A stretch of DNA of 33,318 nt. Source: Salisapilia sapeloensis CBS 127946 (lineage: Eukaryota > Protista > Oomycota). A program made the position numbers and the translations under genes. Of this stretch, positions 11,239-21,598 are shown piece after piece (position 1 is the stretch's first letter; every line of letters begins with the position of its first letter). The DNA is taken from contig JAADVB010000210.1 in assembly GCA_023334545.1 (NCBI GenBank), forward strand, positions 1 through 33,318, read 5' to 3'. The notes under the pieces are model-generated. The model was not told the DNA's origin, ran no database searches, and saw nothing but the letters and a program-made list of their open reading frames with translations.

Positions 11239-13003
11239 CTAAAAGCTTGCGCTCTGGAAAGCTAGATCCGCCGTGGTGTATCGAGAGTGATTATAGAGGT
11301 AGTAAGCGTTGCCTGCTGGTACATGGAATTCATCTCCAGTATTTAGCAAAAAGTAGCTTGCACGAGTATTGTCGAAGGCACCTTGTACGGCCGGACTAAG
11401 TGCCAATTCCAGTGCCTTGGGTTGGCAGGACGTGACGGAGAACAAGTGAGCTCCATGCTCAACGTACTGCGCTTGCATCTCTTTGCCAGGGCTCAATTGC
11501 ACTCGTTCTGGTTCATCAATTTCTAAAGTTTGACCTAGCTTTTCAAACGTGCCTTTAGACCTTCCAAGTCGTGTAAAGATGTCCTCATATTCCAAGCTCG
11601 GATAAGAGGCTTCTGGATCCTGAGCTCGATATACGACTTTCTCTAGTACGACTGATGCAATCGTGTTATCTAGCAAGTAGGCTGTCGGTCCCTCTTGATA
11701 CGTTCGATCGGAGGGAAGCTGGGACACAGGAAACTCAGTAAATGTGGACGACTCGATAGCTTCCACCTCTTCTCCCTCCTCTTTTAAATCCAATTCGCCA
11801 AACAGTGCTATTCGAACAGCACTATTGCTCTCGATGAACGTTGGCAAGACATATGCCACTTGAGCAGCAGCAAAGATCATCTCGGCCACAGTTTTGAAAG
11901 CAGGATGGCCAACAGACACTGTGTCTAAAAGTGGTGCCATCGTCGCACTCCCGAAACTATTCAAAGCGTAGGCTAGCAACAAGATAGCCGTCGGTTTTCG
12001 ACGTTCTGGTGCCTCCAGTAGCAACGGAAAGCCACAGAGTGCACCACAGCAAAAGTACTGGAGCTTTCGGAAAGCCAAGGAACGATTCCCGATAGACTCA
12101 GTAGCACATGCTGCTGTCCAACCGATGACGATCTGAGCTGTGCAAAACGCAGTGGATCGCATTAGGCTGTACAACAGTTCCTTCATATGCTTCCGAACCG
12201 GTTTCTCCCGTTGTTTAGAACGCCGAAGGGAAAGACACAAGGAGAACAGGTGTACTGGGAGGAAGATTTTGGCACTTGATGTGACTGCGAGAGGTAGATA
12301 TGATTGTAAGAGGTAGGTGAGGCAAGTTGTGTGAGGATGACGGACTGCGCAGGAGGAAATGTTCACGCCTTTTGCGTATTGCGCCTGTAGCGTGGATGCT
12401 GTTCGAGAACTTGTTAATGTGATGCGCATGAGCTGCTGTAGATAGGATGGATGGAAAGTATCAGGACGGAAGAAACCAGCGTACATGATCCAGGCGGAGC
12501 ATAGGATGTAAATGCTGTACTCTAAAGCGTCATAATGCAAAAACGAAGGCCATTCTTCCCGAAGAGACTTGGACAAAGAGTTGAGCGAATTTGCAGATAG
12601 GAAGGAGATGAGAGTGGAGCGACTGGAAGTGTCCATGTAACGTATGGCAAGAATAGCTGGCAGAATGGAAGCCCTGGATGCTCGGTCCTGAGATATGGTT
12701 TTACTGGACTTGGGTTTGTTTAGTTGGCGTTCATACTTTTCTATAAAGCGGTAGACACCTACGGATTGACGAAAACGACCATTGAGTATTTGATACAGAC
12801 GTGTATGGAATGAGTCAGCATGTACCGACGAAAAGCGCGATGGCAAGGGTGTTTCTTGACGGCGTTTGAACTTGAAAGGACAGTTTGACGAGCCTTGGCA
12901 AGTTTTGCAACAAGTTCGAGAGTGCTGTGAGAGTTGTCGCTGCACCAGCAGCGCCGTATGCACTGTGAGCTAGGATAGAGCTGAGATCAGTCTCGCTTGA
13001 CAT
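11239..13003 (-). CDS. TMEM135-like multi-pass membrane protein fused to a C-terminal Mif2/CENP-C-type cupin domain, 2 exons, 565 aa
   Basis: Exon 1 is 12826..13003 (MSSETDLSS...IALFV), followed by a 67-nt GT..AG intron at 12759..12825 and exon 2 at 11239..12758 (1698 nt total). TMEM135-like motifs: CAVRHPHTTC, SAKIFLPVH, SLMRSTAF and LLLEAPERRK. Cupin motif: FLLNTGDEFHVPAGNAYYLYNHS. Confidence 0.75.
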
Positions 13004-13274
13004 GTTGACAGCCGCGGTGTGATGTATGGGTGATTGCAATACTAGCCTCGAACAATTTCTTTTCACTTGTTTATAGAGTGTAAAATGTTGTGATAATACG
13101 GATATAATACGAATATTGAAAAACTACGAGTACAAGTGATAGAGTTTGGACGGCATAGATTTTCATGACTTCTGGACTAGTAGAATTAGTATGACCATAA
13201 ATCGTGTTTTAAGATTCATGTAGATTATGATGAGATGAATAATTCTGTTTTTATAGTTGAGCCGCTTAAAGGTT

Positions 13275-14873
13275 TTATAAAAAAGTCTTCAAACTTTTAT
13301 CTGTAGCAGTGTCAGCACGGCTGAGACCAAGATATGGTTGTCTGCATTCCGAGAACAACTCATCGTAGGCTGCTGGTCGAGAGTTTCGAAAAGCTATCGG
13401 GTCTTTGGCCAAGCATATAACTGTAAATCCCATAAGACTTTCGAGGATGACCAAACATGTAGACGTAACAGCCATTCCAGTGGCAAATCTGATGACGGCC
13501 ACGCAGGATACAACATCAAAATTGTCATCAAGGTCAACAGACGAACACACATAAGCATGGTTACGTGTGCACCCATTGAAGCGAGCAATGCCTGAAATGT
13601 TCACGTTGATAGCGACAGCATTGGCACATGCTAAGCGGATGAGAACCGAGCCAAAGGTAAATACGCTTCCGTACAGGTTGCTATGAGCCGGCTTCTTCCA
13701 CTCACGTCTCTCGAATAAATTGGTCTCTGCAGAATGCGCTTCCGTAAAAGTGCATCTAGAAGCGAGCAGATAAACACGATCAACCTTGGTCATATTAGTA
13801 AAATGCACATTAACATATCCGCGCATGCCGATGAAGACGAGAGACCACTAGTTCATGGCTTCCACGGTGCCATCGGAATCGCTTGGTGATCCACATAACC
13901 TTCCGAAAAAGGTTTTCATCTACAGCTAGAAAACTTGGTTGTTTAGGTATTAAGCATAGAGAGGACAAGTATAAATCGAATATACCGATCGAAGTAACTC
14001 CACAATAGGGAGAAGGAATGAAGCGAGGCACACGGATGCAAAGCATGTGAATACTTCATTCCAGGAGTTTGTGCTGCTTTCATTTGCAGACCCCCAGTGC
14101 GATAGAGTCCTCGTTGAAACCGACACATATCCGAGGTTCTTGATGACATGACATCCCCAGTAAGAAATACTGAGGAGTAGAACGAATACAACATACTTCA
14201 TCAACTGATACTTTTCATCGCCATTGTCGAATTCGTATGGTATTTCCAGTACCGCGAATGTCTTTATCAGACACCAGATATATTAGAGCGCACCAAGATA
14301 GAATGCTAGTAGTCCGGTCGATCTGTAACTTGAAATCACTGGTTTTAAAAATCGAAGATGGGCCGAAATGAAATGTGCTCTACTTTTGGTAACCGTAATG
14401 TAATGTGCAGATGTAAAGTTGAGCACAATGCCAAAGATGGTGACGAATGATTCGTCATAGTGAACTCCCATGTATACCATCAGGGCGGCAAGACCTGTGT
14501 TCGGCCAGAACGTATTGCCCACTGCGGTACCAGGAAAGACCAGTAGAAATACCGCAAGCAAAAGAGCTGCACTGAATGCAGCCGCTCCCACAATTACAAT
14601 AAGTTTTCGTGCTTCTTCGATGATTGCATACGGTATCGCATTGGCGCTTAGTCGCTCCGGTGAATCCGAGTGATTCACTTCGATCCCTAGCTGCATATTG
14701 GTCAGGCATTTGTGCATATGTAAAAGGATAAAAGTCTATATCCCAACGAAAATTTTAGCTGCAATAGCCGAGGCAAATAGGATAGCAGACGTCCAGTCGA
14801 GCCAGCCCTTGAAGGAGGTTGAGGTTCTTCTGTACGCGAGCAAATGAACTTTATACGTTGGTTTGTATACCAT
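13275..14873 (-). pseudogene. Multi-pass membrane protein gene interrupted by in-frame stops (pseudogene, or partly explained by introns)
   Basis: ORF-track ORFs 14283..14717, 13950..14204 and 13275..13826 share one frame that starts at ATG 14873 (533 codons). Internal stops: TAG 14736, TAA 14283, TAA 13950, TAG 13926, TAG 13920 and TAG 13848. There are several hydrophobic stretches. Confidence 0.6.
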
Positions 14874-15234
14874 CGAGCTATAAGATTACGTTTGATGCGA
14901 GGTTTCTTTTTTATCCGGTGTTTGTTCTATGCTAAACACTACAAAGTAGAAGGGTTACTCTAGAGCATAAAAGAAAGAACGAAGGAAAACCATGCGCGTC
15001 CAAAGCAAAAATTTCCATCTTTATATCGCAGATAAGCGTGAAAAGCAGTACTTTGTTTAAGTGAATCTGTGTTAAGATGTTGGCCCGTCACAGATGTATG
15101 GATATTAAAATGCAAAATTGAAATCTGCTGACGAACTCGTTCTAGGAAGGATCGCTGGTGGGACCCGCATTCGGCTGCTTCTAGGTCTATGCCATACTTT
15201 TGAATATCTCATTAGTGCTTTATAGTTTAAGCTT

Positions 15235-16723
15235 TTACATGGAAGTCTGGGGCACTTCATTGGGAATGCGACGCAGTGGACTAAGTTTCTCCTTACTTCG
15301 CTTAGCTGGATTAGTAGTCATGTTTCCCGTGCCGCCCAAAAGATGCTGCTGATTCAAGCTAGCACTCCATATTTCATCGTAGTTAAAAGAGTCTAACGTC
15401 TTCGCTGGGGGTATCACAGGTTGGCTCCGGGCTTTTACCAAGACATCCGTCCCGGATGGTGCAGTCTGTGCACGCTTTGAGCCTGGTTGAATTTTTCGGT
15501 CTCTTGCAGTTAGTGAACCGCACTGCAATTTCCATTTCTCGGCACGCTTTTCGGCCTGTTCTACTTTCTTTTGCAGCTCCATATTCTTACTCTCTAACTG
15601 CTCAATACGTTTCACTGCTTCATGCTGTGTTTGGTTATCTATAGTCTTGGACTCTTTTTGTAGATGTCTAATTGTTCGTTTAGCATCCAAATTAGCTCTT
15701 TTAATCACCGTAACTTCTTGTGCCCGCAGTTGGCTGTTATATTCCAATATTTCGTTCGTCATTTTCTAAAACTGACGTCAGATAAGGTTTATACTACATA
15801 GAGACTACCATCCTACCAACTTATGATTTTCTTCAGACTGTTCATTGAACTTTCGCATCAGGGTATCTACTCCATGACTTTGAAGCTGAAGCTCATCCTT
15901 TAACTTTGTGTTTGCGATCAGCGCCCTCTACATTTTACTCGTAAGTATATGTAATTCCAGTTATAAATGCCTTCTCCCAATACCTTGCTCTCCGCTGACA
16001 TGGCATTCAATGCTTTCTGAAGATAGTCTGCGTCTAGCTCTTGCAATGTCTTTCTAAATGTCTGTGTGCAAGTGTAAGTTCGACGCAACTAATAAATAAA
16101 GTAGGAGATACTTGGACATACCTTTTCAAGGGCCATTTTATGGTTGAAGGTGTCCAACTTGATTTTATGAATCTCTTCTGAATGACTTCGATTCTCACTC
16201 TCCAGCTGATTCATCAAGCTTTCAACGCGCGTTCGTAATGTTGCATTTGCTGTTTCCATAACATCATAACCTTCGACGTGCAGCTCTAGCTGAGCCACTT
16301 TTTGCTTTAACAGCTCAATTTCTTGCTCCTTTTCGAGTCGCTCGGAAAGTCTCTCTTGATCCAATACAGCCATCGACGTCTCATGTTTCTCAAGCTCTTG
16401 CTGTAAAAGCGTTTCGAGTGACTGTATCTGCTCCTGCTTTTGCTTATTGTCTCGCGTCATGCGCTCAATAAGCTTTGCTTCTTCACGTAATTGTGCTTCA
16501 GCTTCTTCCACTCTCTTTCGAAGTTCATCTACACATTGAAAGGTGAAGACACTCGTTCACAGATTTTGTCCTTAATAAGATACCTTCATTGGTCGCAATT
16601 GAAGCATTGCGGTTCGTGTCGACCGACTTCTTCTTTTTCGCCCTAACAATTCGAACGATGGGAATATAATGCTTGTGTTATAGCCCTGTATTCTATCGAT
16701 CAAGTACACCTTTTCGGAGCCAT
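15235..16723 (-). CDS. Coiled-coil protein, possibly BBOF1/CFAP157-like (ciliary/basal body), 6 exons, 399 aa
   Basis: Exons 16710..16723, 16584..16642, 16122..16528, 15984..16061, 15817..15927 and 15235..15765 sum to 1200 nt in frame. Introns are GT..AG, 51-67 nt. The protein starts MAPKRAKKKK and has long E/K/Q heptads including FNHKMALEKTFRKTLQELD. The family call is tentative. Confidence 0.7.
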
Positions 16724-16988
16724 ACTATAGTATCTTCACAAACCGAATTTGGTGTCCGAATGATGGCTATTAATATACTCGTATTAAAAAGTCGCCCATG
16801 AAAATCTCGCTAGGATTATTCGATCTATCTATCCAGATCGAAATTATCTGCTAATGTGATGAGAAAGCAAGACTCTAGAGTGCACGAAAGCGAGCTCTCG
16901 GACGTTGATCCTGCTGTTGAAGATGAGCTGAAGTACACATAATGCCACATACTTTTGATGGCGGCATTGACATGCCTCGCAAAGTGCC

Positions 16989-17922
16989 ATGCAGCCGTAC
17001 AAGGCAAGTGAAAAGCGATGGAAGCGAGCGGACGTAGGGGAATTGTACTCTGACACAACGCTAATCGACCTAGCGCAACTCCAACCAGACTACCGAAAGC
17101 TTGTGCGACAAGTTGGTAGCTTCCGATCAAGGCCTATTTTTGCATTTGACGCATTCGGTGAAGCACATGAAGGCTTTTACGTCATTCCAAATGCTTTAAA
17201 CTCACATGACCAATTGGACTTGGCTCACAAATGCCTGTATATAGTTATGTATATTGCAGGAATTTCTACATGTGTATTGAAGGCGTATATGACGTAGGAC
17301 AGAATATGCCAATGCGCCTCATGTGACGAATATGCGACAGCAGCAGTGTCAAGTGGATGATATATGGAGAAAGGCACTCGTGTCTCATCCACACGACCCG
17401 TCCAGTTCTCCGTTAATGAAGAAATTGCATTGGAGTGCATGTGGCTATCACTATGACTGGACTGCAAGAGAGTATCATGATTGGGATTACTCTGACATTC
17501 CTCCTCGTCTGGCGGATATTGGAGCAGAATGTGCTGTGGCATGTGGTGAAACCTTGAAGGCTGAAGCAGTCATCGTAAACTTTTATGCAAAGTCATCGAC
17601 CATGGGAGGACATCAAGATGATGTGGAACTGACAATGAATCACCCTGTCGTCTCCGTTTCTCTTGGGTGCTCTGCTGTATTTCTCAAAGGTGGACATACG
17701 AAAGACACAAAGCCATTGGAAGTACTGCTGCGAAGTGGAGACATTGCGATAATGGCAGGCAACTCGAGGCTAAGTGTCCATGGTGTAGCTAAAGTCTTTC
17801 CTTCTGATCCACAAGATGACTGTGGAACGATGCAAAATGAAGATGAACTAGACGCTGTGCGCAAATACCTTGAGACCCATCGGATCAACATCAATATTCG
17901 ACAGGTCTATCCGAAAGAATAG
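16989..17922 (+). CDS. ALKBH1: AlkB-family Fe(II)/2-oxoglutarate dioxygenase (ALKBH1-like)
   Basis: Exons 16989..17236 and 17298..17922, with a 61-nt GT..AG intron. Motifs: KLHWSACGYHYDWTAREY, EAVIVNFY, MGGHQDD (HxD), VHGV and RININIRQV. A possible extra upstream exon starts at ATG 16859 via a 42-nt GT..AAG intron (16943..16984), so the start is uncertain. Confidence 0.88.
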
Positions 17923-18122
17923 ACGCTTACTCCAAGTTTTGTAGCAACCAATTTATCCTTTTTGCTTCATATCTATTGTCGTTCTATAGTAGTGTACATG
18001 CCCAAATGTGGATGCGGCTCGTTTACATCTACCTCATACGAGTGCAGAAAGTTTGTAGATGTTTATTTTTATCTGACTGAACCCACGGTCGCCTAAAGAA
18101 AGTAGTCGTATTGTACATTGCA

Positions 18123-20684
18123 ATGCGCTCTCCAAGTCCAGCTCTTATTCAGAGTCGAGCCAAAGGGCAGCTAGAAACGTTAGAAGTACTTCATCTGTCT
18201 AATGCTCGAGTTGAATGCCTACGGAATTTGGACAGATGCGAAGTCCTCCGGTCGCTTTATGCAGACAATAATCGCATACGAGACCTCTATGACCTTCCGC
18301 ATTTTCAGTATTTGTGGATGATCGACCTTCGTTTTAACAAACTGCAGGACGTGCATGCTTTAAGCCGATTTTCGTCACTTGGCTTTGTCTATCTAGACAA
18401 TAACTTCCTTTCGTTCGAAGACATCGCATGCCTTCGCAATGTTTCCATACTAGAGTTAAGACTCGAAAACAATCCAAACCTTTGCAGAGGAAAACAAAAG
18501 CTCGAGTACGTCAAGAAAGTCATTGCGCTGCTACCGCATGTATGGGTGCTTGATGGACACTACATTCCATTCGAAGCTAGACTTAATGCTGTGGATGAAT
18601 ATCAAGAGTTTGTGAAGCAAATCGTAGGAATGACGATGGATAGATCAAAAGCATCTTCCCTCAAGTCGTGTACTAGCCGTTGGAACGAATGTAATCCCGA
18701 CAGATTCAGTAACTCTGCGAAGCTGGCAGAAATTCTGCAATACCTGCCTGAACGTGATCCTATTGCACGTGAAACCTATCGACTGCAAGCACTTATTAAA
18801 TTTTATAATGAAGAAGCTGCTTTCTATAACAGGCATCGGAGATTGACGACGGTGAAGACCGTAAAGATAACAAGAAAGGTTCCGATCGTCCATCTAAAAG
18901 ATATTCAATTGTTGCCGTTGGATATCAAGTTGAAAATGGCTGTCTTGCTGGCCACTTGGATTGAATACGATTTAAATCGGCATCTCGTAATAGAAGCATT
19001 AACAATTTTTCTATTGGAAGCGAGTGATGCAGCTAGTAGAATTGCTGAAGACACTACGTCACTCCCTCCTTATGCAGTCAGCGCCGTTGTCGGTGTCTTA
19101 CAAGAGGAATTTTTAAACGGTTTGCAAAGCTCGAATGAATATGATAATTCACAGAAGGCACTTTGGAAGAGCATTCCGTTCCCATTGTCCAATTTACTCA
19201 AAGAAGGTAACGCATACGATGTGCTTAGCGCTTCAACAGACAGAGCAGACCGCTGTGCATACACTATCAAACTTTTATCAAACGCTTCTTCTTTTCCTGA
19301 CCCCGCTAGCTTGGAGAACCCACATCGCCGAACGAAAGCTACAGATATTAAGCTAGCATTCAAATCATTGCTTCTATGCCTACAAGACGCAAGAAGCTCT
19401 ACCAACTATCCTGTGCAAGACGTGATCGGAAACTATAGCATTTCTCCTATTGATTATACGCTATTTTCAGGTTGTGTACAAGGTGAGGAGTACCTGTCCG
19501 ACGAAAGCACTTTTGAAAATTATGAGGAATTTCCTTCGTCTCTCCTCGTCACCTCGAGGTCTGCGCCGACACTTGGACGGCATCCAAAAGTATACGAGTG
19601 TCCAAAACCTGGCGATCGAATCGAGATATCTTCGAATCGGTATCTCACTGTCTTATCCGTATCTCTAGATCAGGAAAGAGTAACAGTAGGGACATCACTG
19701 CTCCAGAAACCGGAAATGAATGTGAATACGTCAATGATGCTATCGTCTACTTGCATACGTAGAAATCCTCGAAATATTTGGTTTCTCCATGAGGCATCCT
19801 CTGAAGTCATGGAGCAGGTACACAAGCTAACGATAGCGGCGAATGTACATAGCGTTGCAGGGAAACTGCATCGAGAGAGTCTAGCTTACCATCGCCAAGG
19901 CCATCCTCGCAACTCCGAGACTTTAAATTATGACATTCGGCAGGCTGATGTGCAGGATATGATCTACGAGGAACCGACTGCAACAGTCCAGAGCTTACGG
20001 CAGCTAGAAATTTACAGCAGTGGTGCATCTGCCCATCCCAACTACGTACTAGCATCAGCGCCCGTTGTATCTGCCCAAAATTTTGTCGGAAAGAAGATTG
20101 ATATTGCTGCTGCTCAACGACTACGTTGGGATCCCATCGACGAAAGCAAGTACGAGGTTTTAGAAGCACAAGGCAGTCAGCAAGAGCACAAGGCAGCAAC
20201 AGGGAATAATTTAGCTATGTTGGGCACTAAGACTACTACAGATGTAGCCTACGAAGAGTATTTAAAAGTTATGGATGGCGGAGGTCAAAGAGATGAAAAA
20301 GAAGACGATTGGATGTCTATTAAAGAAGGGTTACAAATAGTTTTACAGCGCTCAAGTAGCAGGAGCGGAACATCTAGCACGCCATCTCTTCCATTAGCAA
20401 GCGACCGACTATCGCAGCTCTGTGACCAGTACACTTATACCAACACAAGGTTTAAGAAGAGTTGGCTGCGTAAGCGACGCAAGAGCTCTCTAGAGAAGCA
20501 AAGTGACAAGCAGCAGTGGCATCTAGTGCCTCCAAAGCATACACCACTAGTCGACACTAGGCCTCTGTTAGAACAGCAAAAACTCGGGAGTCAACGTCTG
20601 CAGCGACAACCGGTCGTGTCAACAATGCAGCATCAAGTAGATCCGATGAAGAAAGTCACTACTGCTTTCTTACCGTCGCTATGA
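18123..20684 (+). CDS. Leucine-rich repeat (SDS22-like) protein, 853 aa, unknown function
   Basis: Long uninterrupted ORF with its first ATG at 18123. N-terminal LxxLxLxxN repeats: LEVLHLSNA, LRSLYADNNRI, LWMIDLRFNKL, LGFVYLDNNFL and LELRLENNP. These are followed by a VIALLPHVWVLDG LRR-cap-like segment. Confidence 0.8.
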   Translation: MRSPSPALIQSRAKGQLETLEVLHLSNARVECLRNLDRCEVLRSLYADNNRIRDLYDLPHFQYLWMIDLRFNKLQDVHALSRFSSLGFVYLDNNFLSFEDIACLRNVSILELRLENNPNLCRGKQKLEYVKKVIALLPHVWVLDGHYIPFEARLNAVDEYQEFVKQIVGMTMDRSKASSLKSCTSRWNECNPDRFSNSAKLAEILQYLPERDPIARETYRLQALIKFYNEEAAFYNRHRRLTTVKTVKITRKVPIVHLKDIQLLPLDIKLKMAVLLATWIEYDLNRHLVIEALTIFLLEASDAASRIAEDTTSLPPYAVSAVVGVLQEEFLNGLQSSNEYDNSQKALWKSIPFPLSNLLKEGNAYDVLSASTDRADRCAYTIKLLSNASSFPDPASLENPHRRTKATDIKLAFKSLLLCLQDARSSTNYPVQDVIGNYSISPIDYTLFSGCVQGEEYLSDESTFENYEEFPSSLLVTSRSAPTLGRHPKVYECPKPGDRIEISSNRYLTVLSVSLDQERVTVGTSLLQKPEMNVNTSMMLSSTCIRRNPRNIWFLHEASSEVMEQVHKLTIAANVHSVAGKLHRESLAYHRQGHPRNSETLNYDIRQADVQDMIYEEPTATVQSLRQLEIYSSGASAHPNYVLASAPVVSAQNFVGKKIDIAAAQRLRWDPIDESKYEVLEAQGSQQEHKAATGNNLAMLGTKTTTDVAYEEYLKVMDGGGQRDEKEDDWMSIKEGLQIVLQRSSSRSGTSSTPSLPLASDRLSQLCDQYTYTNTRFKKSWLRKRRKSSLEKQSDKQQWHLVPPKHTPLVDTRPLLEQQKLGSQRLQRQPVVSTMQHQVDPMKKVTTAFLPSL

Positions 20685-20832
20685 CAAGAATCATATATCA
20701 TGGACGCTGCATGTGAACTTCAATATGCACAAGTATCTTGCTGCAAAAACAAGGCGGGGGCTAAATAAAACCTCGGGAGGTGATTGGGTAAATGGCACAC
20801 AAGTTCAAGGAAACGCGCTCGAAGGCAGCTCT

Positions 20833-20846
20833 TCATTCCGCATTTT
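20833..20846 (+). promoter_or_regulatory. Oomycete Inr+FPR core promoter element
   Basis: TCATTCCGCATTTT closely matches the oomycete TCATTYYNCAWTTT supramotif and lies about 40-55 nt before ATG 20888. Confidence 0.65.
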
Positions 20847-20887
20847 CCCGTGCAAGAACCAAAGCTCCTCCAACCTTTTCAAAAGCC

Positions 20888-21405
20888 ATGACAACGATTG
20901 CCCCACAGACGTCTTCTATCGACCCGGTGTTGATGGAAAGCGTGCCTCGACTGCGGTGGGACGACGCCGTGCATCGATTCCACTACAACATGCCGATTGC
21001 GCAAGAGCCGGGCGAGAACGGCTTCGTGCTGATTCATGAGTTCGACAATGTCTCTGCCTTTGCGTCCATGGCGTTGCCAGCCTCGGAACTCGAGCGACTG
21101 CGTGAGATGGACAGAATGAACGAGATCATCCACGACGTCGAAAATGCCGCCAACTTGCGTGCTGCGGTCAATGCCAAGCAACGACGTAAGCTTCCTATCA
21201 GTATAGTTGTCGTATTTGTAATGAAAGTATATGTCTGCTAGGTCGAGCACACAGTGACGAGTTCCATGAGCGTACGGAACCGGAGCCTACTAAAGACAAA
21301 ACCAAGAAGCGAGATGTCTATCATCCAGGAAAGCACCAATCCAAGCATTTCCATGAACGCCACCGTGCGAAACCGACGCGCGTTGGCCGCGTGCACCAAC
21401 CATAG
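20888..21405 (+). CDS. Small hypothetical protein, 2 exons, about 158 aa
   Basis: Exons 20888..21200 and 21242..21405, with a 41-nt GT..AG intron that removes the stop. The product is MTTIAPQ...RLRWDDAVHRF...KLPISRAHSDEFHER...RAKPTRVGRVHQP*. The start was chosen because the Inr/FPR lies downstream of the ORF-track ATG at 20792. Confidence 0.6.
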
Positions 21406-21598
21406 TGTCGCTCATCCCATGCATCCGGCTTTTCAAGCTCCACGTCCCACTGTCTAGGGCAGACATGCATTCGTCTGCTTCAATCACCAAATATATCGTC
21501 TTGTTCTATTACCATTTGCTGCTTTCACGATGCCTGCTCTATATGTAAATGCCATGCAACGAAAGATAGAACACAACTATCGACAAACGACTACTTAT

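Noticed and set aside
13275-14873. Alternative genetic code (TAA/TAG read as Gln) as an explanation for the in-frame stops
   Set aside because: Conserved genes in the window end at the expected place with TAA or TAG (RPL10 TAA; MAPEG, TauE and ALKBH1 TAG) and contain none internally.
20792-20887. ORF-track start at 20792 for the small orphan gene
   Set aside because: A near-consensus Inr+FPR at 20833..20846 implies that transcription starts downstream of this ATG.
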